Notes under the pieces: generated by a model
Databases searched by the model: none
What the model was told of the DNA's origin: nothing
What the model saw: the letters and a program-made list of their open reading frames with translations, nothing else
Program-made: the position numbers and the translations under genes
In this document: piece by piece, positions 39,724-51,254 of the stretch
How positions within the stretch are numbered: position 1 is the first letter of the stretch
Layout: each line of letters begins with the position of its first letter
Assembly (NCBI GenBank): GCA_026770705.1
Contig: JANJGN010000323.1
Location: 558,001 to 622,000, forward strand
From: Isurus oxyrinchus
Taxonomy: Eukaryota
DNA length: 64,000 nucleotides
Direction of reading: 5' to 3'

Positions 39724-39840
39724 AAGAAAGATGAGAAGGATCTGGAAATGAAATCTAACCGCGGAGTCAATCCTGATACAGATGATGATCTTTACGCAAA
39801 CTGTGAATTTGCCAAGGATTCTGTTTATGGGAATTTATAA
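39724..39840 (+). CDS. Gene 2: terminal cytoplasmic exon (YANC, SVYGNL*)
   Basis: ctattacag acceptor, phase 0; KKDEKDLEMKSNRGVNPDTDDDLYANCEFAKDSVYGNL*, with acidic residues before the tyrosines as in kinase substrate sites. Confidence 0.82.
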   Translation, partial: KKDEKDLEMKSNRGVNPDTDDDLYANCEFAKDSVYGNL

Positions 39841-40959
39841 ACTGAGCAAGAATGAGACACACACAGTGTGGGGAGAATACAGAATGGGAGAATCATTCAA
39901 AACTCCAATTTACCTTCCTAATATCCACAGGAACTCACTCCCAGGAAATAGATTTAAACCTCTTGTTACAATCTGATGGAATTTCTTCGGAATGATCTAT
40001 CCAGGATGATTGTCTGTGGGTTTCAATTTGAACATGATCCTTCAGAATTGTCCCTCACTGTTGGAAACATCCTTCTCTCCATTCTGATTGTAAATGTCTT
40101 TAGATATCGTTCGATGATGTACCAGGACAGAACGGACAAATTCAATCCCGTGTCCGTGATTATGAGTTAATTTTCATTCTGTTATTCACCTTCCTGTCTG
40201 TCAGTGTTTACAGAATATTCATCAGCCAGTGCAGACTTCAGGAAATGCAGGATCGGTGGATAATTGGAGCAGAGGAGATTGGCAAAATTTACTCAGCATT
40301 TTGTAATCAAATGTATTTTCAGAAATATATTTGGATTTTACACTTCATCGTTAAACCGCAAAACTAACAGCAATCCCAGAAACATGGAAACAATTTGTTT
40401 GGAGATTTGAGAAATTCTCTGCAGCTCAGAGGATAACAGATGTGCTACAGTGCCACCACTGGTGGGAGGACATCATTTCAGCGTGACATGTTTACATTGA
40501 TGTTGCCAATGAACATTGGAAATTATGATGTGAAAAATTGGTTGCAGGCTTACCTTCTTCAATATGTCATAGATGGATGAGACAGCTTTGATAACAGAAT
40601 GAGATATAGCTGCAATAAACCACCATTTTAGTCTTTCACACTTGGAGAGTACAATTAGCATCCATTCTGAAGGCTGAGTGGATGGGTGGACTGTGCGATG
40701 TGTTACAGATTACAGAGACCAACATCCTTGATCCTGGTTCTGCTCTATGTCTGATGACATTCTTGGATAAAAGATTGGGAAAATAAATAATCCTCCTGCA
40801 TTGATCTGTAACTGGTCTCTCCATCTGTCAATGTCCTGAGGACAGAATTGGGTTTGAGGTCCAAAATCAGATGCATACTTTGACTGCCCATTGAGTAGGA
40901 ACAGGAAGAGGCCATTCAGCCCCCTCGAACCTGCTACACAGGAACAAGAGGGCACCTGA

Positions 40960-41172
40960 TACAAAAACAGAAAATGCTGGAGAAACTGAGTAGGTCTGGC
41001 AGCATCTGTGCAGAGATAAACAGAATTAACATTTCGAGTCCGTATGACCCTTCTTCAGAGTCTATAAGCAAAAACTCTGTTTCTCTCTCCACAGCTGCTG
41101 CCAGACCTGCTGAGTTAAGGCAGCATTTTCCATTTTTATTGAAGATTTACAACATCTGCAGTATTTATTTTT
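40960..41172. mobile_element. Fold-back (Penelope-like) element with inverted arms
   Basis: 40971-41027 is an imperfect inverted repeat of 41073-41129. Confidence 0.7.
41024..41060 (-). ncRNA. Putative minimal, probably decayed hammerhead ribozyme motif
   Basis: Minus strand: CUGAAGA-A-GGGUC-AUACG-GACUC-GAAA-UGUUA (CUGANGA box, stem II, GAAA box). Confidence 0.45.
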
Positions 41173-41174
41173 AA

Positions 41175-42142
41175 TGAGAGGAGGACATTCAGCCCCTCGA
41201 CCCTGTTACACAGGAACAGGAGGAGGCCATTCAGCCCCCTCGAGCCTGTTACACAGGAACAGGAGGAGGCCATTCAGCCCCCTCGAGCCTGTTACACAGG
41301 AACAGGAGGAGGCCATTCAGCCCCATGAGCCTGTTATACAGGAAAAGGAGGAGGCCATTCAGCCCCTCAAGCCTGTTACACAGGAACAGGAGGAAGCCCA
41401 TTCAGCCCCCTCGAGTCTGTTACACAGGAACAGGAGGAGGCCATTCAGCCCCTCGAGCCTGTTACACAGGAACAGGAGGAAGCCCATTCAGCCCCTCGAG
41501 CCTGTTACACAGGAACAGGAGGAGGCCCATTCAGCCCCTCGAGCCTGTTACACAGGAACAGGAGGAAGCCCATTCAGCCCCTCGAGCCTGTTACACAGGA
41601 ACAGGAGGAGGCCCATTCAGCCCCTCGAGCCTGTTACACAGGAACAGGAGGAGGCCCATTCAGCCCCTCGAGCCTGTTACACAGGAACAGGAGGAGGCCC
41701 ATTCAGACCTTCAAGCCTCTAACACCAGAACGGAAGGAGGTCATTTCAGCCCCATGAGCTTGATGAACAGGAACAGGAGGAGGTCCATTAAGCCCCTCAA
41801 GTCAGTTACATAGGAACAGGAGAAGTCTCATTCAGCCACACGAGCATCTTATGTAAGAACATGAGGGGGCCCAAACAGCCCCTCAAGGCTGTTACACAAG
41901 AAACGGAGGAGGAGGTTCATTCAGTCCCTCGAGGCGGTAACACAGGAACAGGAGGAGGCCCATTCAGCCACACAAGCCTCTTACACAAGAACAGGAGGAG
42001 GTCCATTCAGCCCCTCAAGCCTGTTACACAGGAACAGGAGGAGGTCCATTCAGCCCCTCAAGCCTGTTACACAGGAACAGGAGGAGGCCCGTTCAACACC
42101 CTCGAGCTTGTTGCATGTGAACAGTCTATGGCCCTTCAGCCA
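41175..42142. repeat. Second array of the 43-bp satellite
   Basis: Same unit as 17.7-32.2 kb, with a homogeneous core at 41.4-41.7 kb. Confidence 0.95.
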
Positions 42143-42215
42143 CATTCTTGGCACGCAAAGGGTTAACAGTTTTCTAACTGTGCGAGGCAAAGTGTTGCTT
42201 TCTAACTTGGTACTA

Positions 42216-42231
42216 ACCACTTCCTCATTTT
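42216..42231 (-). promoter_or_regulatory. PU.1/ETS-type site at putative promoter A (also ~44428, ~57663, ~63110)
   Basis: ccacttcctcatttt = AAAATGAGGAAGTGG just upstream of the shared exon; degenerate (aattcctgatttt) in the gene 2 copy. Confidence 0.5.
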
Positions 42232-42273
42232 GTCTCACAGTGACACATCAACCCTTTCTAATTAAACACACAG

Positions 42274-42358
42274 AGGGAGCAGCACAGGAAGAGGTCATTC
42301 AGCCCAAGCAGAGCGTGTGGGCAGTTCCTCCCCAGGCGAGCAGTCGGACAGGTCCTGG
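42274..42358 (+). other. Module A: putative 5' non-coding exon (85-nt shared exon; 5' boundary uncertain)
   Basis: Near-identical to 37670-37754, GTAAGT donor, upstream of a leader exon. Confidence 0.6.
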
Positions 42359-42801
42359 GTAAGTAACGGAACGATTGGAATTCACTTCCACCACCAACAC
42401 CATCCTTTGTTGATGTTGTGACTTTATAAAGACAGATTCCAATAACTGATGCCTTTGAAAGATTTCTACTGATTATTGAGATCTGGGTGTGAGGCTCAAG
42501 TCTGTTGTACAGAACATCTTTCTAGCTCAAGGGATGAGGGAAGAGCAGGGACATGAGCTTTGGGGTGTCCTGAGCAGGTGAAAGGCGATATAGAAATGCA
42601 AGTCCTTCATTGTTTTACTTTCTTAAAGCCTTGTAACTCTCTGCAGAGCACATATCATCCCACAGAGAATGAAATTAGTCTGTGAAGACATTGTCTAAAA
42701 GCAGTTCTGATCTCTCGAGAGGTGTCGGACAAGAGGTGAGGTCTCATTAACTCATTTCTCTTTCACAGCTTGAGAACCAATGAAATACCTGGGAGTGGAC
42801 A

Positions 42802-42841
42802 ATGATCAGGAAATCTTACTTCCTCCTGTCACTTCTCCAAG
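42802..42841 (+). CDS. Module A: signal-peptide exon (alternative or orphan leader)
   Basis: Acceptor at 42768; MIRKSYFLLSLLQ+G|GTAATA, phase 1; out-of-frame upstream ATG at 42780. Confidence 0.65.
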
Positions 42842-43625
42842 GTAATATCATTGTCAGCTCAGATAGATTTATGACTAATCATCTTTGTAAAACATAATTC
42901 TTATTGAGCTGTGATTGGGAACAGATTCAGCAGTGAGCCAGTGTACAATCTCACACCAAGTCCCATTCACCCATCACCCCCGTGCTCACTGATATACACT
43001 GACTCCCTGTCTGACAGCAGAATTGGAGGACAGCAGAGGACTTTGAGGTTTGCATGGTTGGAGGAGAAAGTGATTGGAGAAGAGGAATGGAGGGAATGGA
43101 AATTGAGGATGAGAGTCTTAAACTCGAGGCTCTGCTGGACTGGGAGCCAGTGCAGGTCAGCGAGTGGCAGAGGGTGTGAGGTGTTGAGTCGAGAAACAGT
43201 GATAAATACTGGGGATGACGTCTATCCTGATGCTTGGACTCCGATAGCAAAGGAATGAAATTTGTGTCTTTTGCTGATTCTGTCAGAATTTCCCATGAAG
43301 ACAACACAGCAGCTCCTAGAATAGACAGGCTGTTCAGTGTCACACTTCCTGTCCATTCTCACCTTGCTAGATACTTCAATAAGGGAGCAAGATAACTGAA
43401 AGAGAGAAGGAAGGTAAAGCTGTCCGTGTGTAAAGGTGTCAATATTCAGTTTGCATATTTGTCTTTCTCTCGACACATGCAGAACTCAGGCTAGAGGCGC
43501 TTTGTTAGTGTGTTTCACAGTGTCTGCTGGAGTAGGGTCAGTGCTGAGCTTGGGGACAAGTCAGTCTACAATGCTGCATCGGAATCAACAATACAACAAT
43601 ATGGGGTTTGGATCAGAAATAATCC

Positions 43626-43830
43626 CTTAGACAATGAGGATCCAAAGAGATTCCTTAGACAATGAGGATCCAAATAGATTCCTTAGACAATGAAGATCCA
43701 AAGAGATTCCTTAGACAATGAGGATCCAAAGAGATTCCTTAGACAATGAGGATCCAAAGAGATTCCTCAGACAATGAGGATCCAAAGAGATTACTTAGAC
43801 AATGAGGATCCAAAGAGATTCCTTAGACAA
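43626..43830. repeat. 28-bp tandem repeat (CTTAGACAATGAGGATCCAAAGAGATTC) x7
   Basis: Direct repeats. Confidence 0.95.
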
Positions 43831-43984
43831 TCAACATACAAAGTGCACCAATCAGATTGAATCAGATTAGCCAATCAGCTGTGTTGAAGAGCAGACAGGA
43901 ATGTTAGGCTAATTAGTGATTCATGACGGTGATAATGGGGGGAGATCTGAGGGCTCCTAATCCATTGTCCTGTCTTGTAAATCA

Positions 43985-44200
43985 GCACCTTAATACTGAC
44001 CCTCCAACAGTGCAGCACTCCCTCAGTACTGATCCTCCAACATTGCAGCACTCCCTGATTAATGTCCCTCTGACAGTGCAGCACTCCCTCAGTACTGACC
44101 CTCAAACAGTGGAGATCTCCCTCAGTACTGACCTTACAATAGTGCAACACTCGCTCAGTAATGACCATCCGACAGTGCAGCACTCCCTCAGTACTGACAC
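43985..44200 (-). repeat. Degenerate 33-bp minisatellite
   Basis: Same unit; precedes module B as 62276-62872 precedes module D. Confidence 0.9.
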
Positions 44201-44483
44201 TGGGGAGTTTCAGTCTACTCTGTGGGGCAGACGTCCCCTGAATGGGGTCTTGAACCCCACAACGTTCTGACCCCCTGAATTTGGCTGTGAAACCCACTGA
44301 CCCACAGGAGAAATTCCTGGTCAATGACTGTCCACCTGTGAGCAGAAATATCACCACAGGGTCAGGACACAAAGGGTTAACAGTTTACCAAGATCTCAAA
44401 ACATGAGCTGCTCTGTCACTTTGATCCAACTTCCTCATTTTGTCTCAAAGTGACACATCAACCCTTTCTAATTAAACACACAG

Positions 44484-44568
44484 AGGGAGCAGCACAGGAA
44501 GAGGTCATTCAGCCCAAGCAGAGCGTGTGAGCAGTTTCTCCCCAGGCGAGCAGTCGGACAGGTCCTGG
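44484..44568 (+). other. Gene 3 / module B: putative 5' non-coding exon
   Basis: Copy of the 85-nt exon, GTAAGT donor. Confidence 0.6.
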
Positions 44569-45018
44569 GTAAGTAACGGAACGATTGGAATTCACTTCCA
44601 CCACCAACACCGTCCTTTGTTGATGCTGTGACTTTATAAAGACAGATTCCAATGATTGATGCCTTTGAAAGATTTCTACTGATTATTGAGATCTGGGTGT
44701 GAGGCTCAAGTCTGTTGTACAGAACATCTTTCTAGCTCAAGGGATGAGGGAAGTGCAGAGACATGAGCTTTGGGATATCCTGAGCAGGTGAAAGGTGCTA
44801 TAGAAATGCAAGTCCTTCATTGATTTATTTTTTTAAAGGTTTTTAACTCTCTGCAGAGCACCTATCATCCCACAGAGAACCAAATTAGTCTGTGAAGACA
44901 TTGTCTAAAAGCAGTTCTGATCTCTCGAGAGCTGTCGGACAAGAGGTGAGGTCTCATTAACTCCTTTCTCTTTCAGAGTTTGAGAGTCAGAAGCTAAAGG
45001 AATATCTGGGAGAGGACA

Positions 45019-45058
45019 ATGATCGGGAAATCTTACTTCCTCCTGTCACTTATCCAAG
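45019..45058 (+). CDS. Gene 3 (activating Siglec-like): signal-peptide exon
   Basis: MIGKSYFLLSLIQ+G|GTAATA; joins the V exon in frame (…LIQVGLSQEW). Confidence 0.75.
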
Positions 45059-45759
45059 GTAATATCATCGTCAGCTTGGACAGACTTATGGCTAATAGAA
45101 TTTGTAAAAGAACATTCTTATTGAGCTGTGAAAGGGAACCGATTCAGCAGTGAGCCAGTGTACAAACTCACACCAAGTCCCATTCACCCATCACCCCTGT
45201 GCTCACTGATATACACTGACTCCCTGTCTGACAGCAGAACTGCAGGACAGCAGAGACCTCAAAGGTTTTCAGGGCTGGAGGAGGTGACAGTGATAGGGAT
45301 TAGAGAGGGAGGATGGAGGGTAAGGAATCAATGAAGAGATTTTGAAAATTGAGGCTTTGCTGGACTGGGAGCCAGTGTAGGTCAGCGAGTGACAGGGGAG
45401 CGATCGGCTGAATAGAGAAGCAGGGATAAAAACTGGGGAATGAAGTCTATCCTGATGCAAGCACTCCGATATCAATGCCCTGAAATTTTTCTCTCTTGCT
45501 GATTTTCATCAGAATTTCCCATGAAGACAACACAGAAGCTCCTAGAATAGACAGGCTGTTCAGCGTCACACTTCCTGTCCATTCTCACCATGCTAGAAAA
45601 TTCGATAAGATAGCAAGATAACTGATAGAGAGAAGGGAGGCAAAGCTGTCTGTATGTAAAACTGTCAAATATTCTGAGTTATCATGATTGTTTCTGATCT
45701 GCTGCAGAGTTTATATTTCATTGAAACTTATCACTTTGCAGCTCAGAGAGAGACCATTG

Positions 45760-45960
45760 ACTCACTGCCTGAAAGGCCGGTGGAAGCAGATTCAACAGGA
45801 ACTTTCGGAAGGGGAACTGGATAAATACTTGAAGGGGAAATTTTGCAGGGTTGTGGGGGAGAGAGCAGAGGTGAGAGTGGGAATAATTGGACAGATCTTT
45901 CAAAGGCCCAGCACAGGCTCGATGGGCCAAATGGCTTCCTTCAGTTCTGGATCATTCTAC
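45760..45960 (+). mobile_element. CR1 3'-end fragment
   Basis: ELDKYLKG... followed by cacaggctcgatgggccaaatggcttcct, the CR1 terminal motif; similar fragment at ~3095-3230. Confidence 0.75.
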
Positions 45961-46039
45961 AATCCGATAAATTAAATCTCTTATCAGTAACTCTTCAGGC
46001 TCCCGCTGCAGGAATGGATCTTTGAGAAGGACAGGGAAC

Positions 46040-49000
46040 AAGCGGTTTCTCATATCATGTTCATATTTATTGACAATTACATAAGTGCATGGAACTGTTG
46101 AATATTTGACTCTCTAAAGTGTGGATTTAACCTTCTGGTCCACCCAGATCTTGTGCTGGTTACCTTGTCTGGAGGTGTCTTTAACTGCTCACAGTGATCT
46201 GTGGGATTGTCACCCTTGGATGTTGTTCCTGATTTCATGTGGGATCTTCTCCTCGATGGAATAGGAGCAGGAATGGATCTGATTTATCCTCGGTTCCACC
46301 TCACCGCTGTGCCCTTGTGTGTTTGACTCCATAGGCCCTTGGTTCTGAACAAATCCTTGTCACCTCGGCTGGTGGTCATGAACCTTCTGTGGGAACCTGG
46401 ATGTGAACTTGTCCCAACTGTAAACTTGGCAACTCTGCACCTCCATTTTTATCATGAACATTCCTTATCTTCTCTTGTAGTTTTAAAAGTTGCCCTCTGG
46501 TTTCTGAGAGAGTAGAATGGGTAAGAATAGCGAAATTGGTCACTACTGGCCCACCAAACATGCTCTCTGTCAGTGATGGAATAAGGTGAGGTGATGGTGT
46601 AGTGGTATTGTTGCTAGATGAGTAATTCAGACACCCAGGGTAATGTCCTGAGAATATGGGTTCAAATCCGACCATAATAGATGATGGAATTTGAATTTAA
46701 TAAAAAGATGAAATTCAAAGTTTAGTGATGACCACAAAACCATTGTTGGAAATCCCACCTGGTTCACCAGTGCCATTTAGGGAACAAAATTGTCTGGCCG
46801 ACATGTGACTCCAGACTCCACGTCAATGTGGTTCACTCTTACATTAGGGATGGGTAATAAATCCTGGCCTGACCAGTGACTCCCACATCCCATGAATGAA
46901 TTTAACAAAGTTGCAGTTGTAGGTGTCGATCTCAGATGTAACATTGCAATGTGTGGATCTTGCTTGGTCTGTCTACATTTGAGAATTAGGGATTTCACTG
47001 TGTGAATCATTCATTCAGCTAGGCTGTTAGATCAGGGGTAATGAGGAGAAGAAGTAGTGTGATTGATATTCCAGATTATCTGTAATCATGTCCCTAGGTT
47101 CACCACATAAACTGAAAATAGTGCTTAGAGTGTGTGCACCAGTTGTGCTCGGTGTGTTGTGCTATTTTTGAATAATGGGATATCTGGTAAAGCTGTCGAC
47201 GATGACGATGAAGTCAGTGACATGGACATGAAAGGATTCAGATGTGATTTTGGACTAAGAATAGGCAGGAATTTCCTGTGGAATCAGTGTTTCTTTATGT
47301 TGACTTGGCTCATCCTCTTGACAAGCCTCGTACTTCCCTACAACAACTTCAAGGTCATTGTTCATACCTGGCCAGGGACTGTATCTCTTGTGAGTCTCCT
47401 TGTGTGATCTGTGCCATGTGTGAGGGATGAAGTTGTTGAAGAATATAGGATCACAAAAGTGCCGGTATGATGCCCTGCCTGCCATTAAAAATGACTCCCT
47501 GGGAGATGCCTCGCTTATCTCGATGAGGTCAAGTTGAATCAGGCCACCCTTTCAATGATATTTCCACAGTTCCTGCAGAATTTTTCACTGTTCCCTCTTG
47601 TAGCTGCTGGCATTTCTGTTGTGCTAAATGTACTGGATCAATTGACAGACTTGCATTCTCCTGCAGGTGTAATGTAGCAGCTCCCTTGAAACTGACAATA
47701 CTGTTGAAACTTTCTGCATATTTCAATGTTATGTCCATGAACTGAGTTGATGGGGTAGTTTCTGCGTTTGACCCATGTGAAGTCTGACAGATTCCATGCA
47801 TTGTCACTAGTGTGAGGTCACCGCATGCCGGTAGACTTGCAATTGCTCAGCCTTTAGTCTCCACGATGTAGAACATCTGTGACACCCAGGAGGATTGATT
47901 GTATTTGCACCCCAGGACTATGGATTCTGCACATGGATTTGAAGTGTTGTACACAGCAGTAGGTTTCCCCATGGCCTCCCATGTCCTTGGATACATGTCT
48001 TTGAAAATTTGCTGGGGTGGGCTGTGGGAGGGGAATGTTGGCACTTGCCCCTGTGTCAATCTTGGTCAATAAAGGAGAGGTTGCAACTTTCTCAGGGCAG
48101 AAAATTGGAATCTTGGCCAATAGTGCAGGTGATGTGACAGCATCTGTTCTCCGTGAGATTGATGGTGTAAAAGGTTTGAAATTGTTCAACAATTGTACAA
48201 TACGTTGAGCACAACTGTTGCACAAACTCTAGGTTGGGGTTTTCCGGCACAGTCATGATGGGACCTGCCGTGGGAGATTGGACAAACATTGGCTTTCGGC
48301 TGGACCGGACAATCCTGGCAGTGGGTGGGGCCAGAAAATCCCACCCCTATGGGACATTTTCAGTTTATTTGATGTGCCCAGAGAGATCTTTAAAGACAAC
48401 AATCCACAATTTATTGGCAAGCCACGCCAGGATATGTGTGAGAGGTGGAATATCGATCAGCGCTCCTCGTCTCACCGTGTACATCATCACCATTTCCTGG
48501 TTTGTCAGTCACCACATGTATATGTTCCTGATGGAATAGCGGATGGTCATTCTTATTGCTTGAAGGTTCCCCGTTGTGTAGGGTCTGTTTGGATCAGTGC
48601 ACAGCTCTTTGTAGCTGCATCAGCCTTTGCTCTCGTGCCCTGCCGCTGTCAATGGCCCTTTCTGCAACAAGCCTTGCAGGATTGGTGGAAAGCTGGGCAT
48701 TTCCTTGGTGCCTGCAGAAGGCCACACCTTCCACATGTCTCACTAGGTTTGGATGTTCTAGTGAGTGTGTCAACAATTGATGTTGTACTGAGGACCTGTA
48801 AGCTTCGTTGACCTGCGAGGATCACTTCGTATTTATGTCGATCCTTGAGTAGCTCTTCAATGCTATAGGTTTTGGTCTTATCTAGCAGATCTCACCACGA
48901 GGGATCCGTCTGCTCCCCAGCTCTTTACTTGAGCTCTTTCCCGTCACTGTGTCTTCAAAGGTTTCCTGAGCAGTCAGTACACTGCGATTTCAACCCTCTC

Positions 49001-49137
49001 TGATGCTGTGTCTCTGTTATGGTCTGACCAAAGCGTTGAGGGTCGTCTCATGTCATGTAGCTCGATCTCAGGCTGTTCACCACGTCATACCTGTACTGAA
49101 TCTTGCTGCCAGAATGTTTGGCCACTGCTGATCACCA
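46040..49137 (-). mobile_element. Degenerate Ty3/Gypsy LTR retrotransposon internal region
   Basis: Protease KIDTGASAN (~48050), integrase Zn-finger remnant WPGMNNDL...ACQ (~47340), integrase core IFSLCGEPRDMITDN/TTSSPHYP (~47070); PBS-like TGGTGATCAGCAGTGG at 49137-49122 next to LTR end ...ACAACA. Confidence 0.85.
46590..46905 (+). mobile_element. tRNA-derived SINE inserted in the Gypsy element
   Basis: A-box-like TGGTGTAGTGG (46595), B-box GGTTCAAATCC (~46659), tail attagggatgggtaataaatcctggcct shared with the LINE tail at ~11265. Confidence 0.75.
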
Positions 49138-50626
49138 TGTTGTGTTTTTATAATGATATAAAGGCACCAGCCACTGATACGGAATTAGGTAAATACATTG
49201 TGGATTCATTTATTTAGAATAGTGACATGAGAACAGATATACAAGGATAGAAAGCTGGGAGACACCTGCAGCCAAACTGTGTGAGCTGTGTTCTGCTCAC
49301 AGGCCAAAGTGAAACTTGGACTGGATGGTGTTATCATCCCAGCTGATGTTACTACTGGGCAAGTCAGATCCCAGGGTGGAGCTCAGCTTGATAGGTCCTA
49401 ACTTTTATTTTTTATTTAGGAATGTGGAGTGCGGCTACTGAACAGAGTCACAGGAGTCATCTGATGAACTTCTAACAAAAGAATAAAACATTTATTAAAC
49501 TAGGAAAGACAAACTATATTACATTACTCCATCACCCAGACCTATACATTTACAGATATATACAGATTCATAAAGATAACGCAAGTTACAATAGCTATCT
49601 TATACTCTCATGTTCAAACTAAGTACACAGTCCATGTAAACCAATAGACGACCTGTGGTCAGGGACACCACATTCTGAAAGAAACTGACAGAACCCACTT
49701 GAAACAAATGCTATGTCTCCCTCCTCATCTGTCCCCAGACGCTTGTTACACTGTGAGCCAACCAGTCTCACTGAACTGAGATATCCATATGAGGGTTTCC
49801 AATCTCCACTCTCCAAGAACTCTCTTTGGAATCTTCTCCAACATGACACTTTCACTCAGACACCTTTCACAAGGGTCCACTTTCACTATTTCAAACTCTC
49901 CTTCCCATGTTCCTGCCCCCTGGATCGCCACGTGCATTCAGCCTTCCTTCCACTCCCTGTCTCTCCAATGCTCAGCCGTGTCAATGGAACACCATGGCTT
50001 CCCATGGCCGTAGTAATGAGTCACCAACCTGTGGTGTCTCCTAGGATCTTCTGGCTTCTCGCAAGCCTATTTTGCATTAGGCCTGTGTCCTGCTGCTTTC
50101 TCCCTTTATGCTTGAAGCCTTCTTCTGCTCCTCACTCTTAACTTCACTTAACAGGGCCTTTTCCAGATTTGACTAGAAGGTTTTCTTGGGCCCTTTCTCC
50201 TGTTCCACTCGATGGTTTTGGCTTCTTCTTTACTTTGGGACTGACTATCTGTCCCGCTCCTTTGCTGCTTCTCCTGGCACCTCCTTTCAACAGAACTGAA
50301 AGCACATTTCTGTTTTTCTCGGTCTCTGTGGTTCCCTCCCTCTGGATCACTGTTGCTGGGCAACAGCATAGTTTTTTACACCTTGTGTTTGTTTTGACAG
50401 TCAGAAAACCTCAAAGGAATGCTGGCTTCTTTTAAAGTCAAATTCTATCTTTTCAAAACACCTAAACACAAAAATACAAACTAAACTTGAACTTAAAGAT
50501 AGACCTTATGCCTAACACACAAATAGACACATAGAACTGACTTAAGCCAACCGCCGTTCCTATAGATCACATGACACACTTCCCCTCGAGTGATGTCATG
50601 CTGCTGTCCCTGAAAGGCATATTACA
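49138..50626 (-). mobile_element. Gypsy 5' LTR interrupted by a nested ~1.2-kb insertion (~49330-50560)
   Basis: The two LTR parts are contiguous in the related copy at 3380-3500 (…gtgaaact…ggatcacatgacacacttcc). Confidence 0.55.
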
Positions 50627-50630
50627 AAAG

Positions 50631-51030
50631 TGTTATCACTTGGCAGGTGATGTGTGCCAGGCAGACAAAGTCGATGAGAGAAAGGTGGTCACATGATCAT
50701 AATGATTTTGCAATTTGTATTTATTATGAGATGTGTGCACTGAATTCAGAAGCAATAAGTCCACCAAGAAATTTAGAGAATTAAAAAAATAAATTAAAAT
50801 ATTTGTCATCAAAATAAAAGATTTCAAGCACATACATAAGACTACAATGACAGCTATAATAACTCCTAAAATTCCTAATTAACCTGACTCCCAGTTACAC
50901 TCCCATTAAGGCAACAGTCCAAAAATAGATGTTAGATTTAAAACAAACTCAGCAAGTTAACCCAATGCCCTGGACAGTGGAATTCCAAATGGATTTTCCC
51001 CAACTTCAGTTCTGTTGGATAGCAGGCTTG
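50631..51030 (-). mobile_element. LTR-like fragment, same family as 9351-10240
   Basis: Reverse-complement similarity, also visible in the pseudo-ORFs 50636..50833 and 10031..10363. Confidence 0.7.
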
Positions 51031-51254
51031 TGCACAAACAGGGTCCTGAGGACCATCAGCCAATGTAGAATGATCTTGTCAACTCCTGTGTCCAGGATTC
51101 TCTTCTAACCATTGTGATACCTTGTGGAGTTCCTTGTGTGTCCTGTAGATGGTCCACACTGCAGCCGCTGTGCCCCAGTGATGGAGGGGGTGGATATCGA
51201 GTCTAGTGGATCTACAAATTATCAAGATTTAAATATTGATATTTCTCTCCCCAG

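Noticed and set aside
42769-42841. Reading the leader exons as cytoplasmic coding exons following the 85-nt exon
   Set aside because: Phase-0 reading hits stops in copies A and B, while the MIxKSYFLLSLLQ frame is conserved and joins the V exon in phase.
46590-46675. tRNA gene
   Set aside because: A/B boxes are present but there is no cloverleaf, and it continues into a LINE-type tail, so it is a SINE head.
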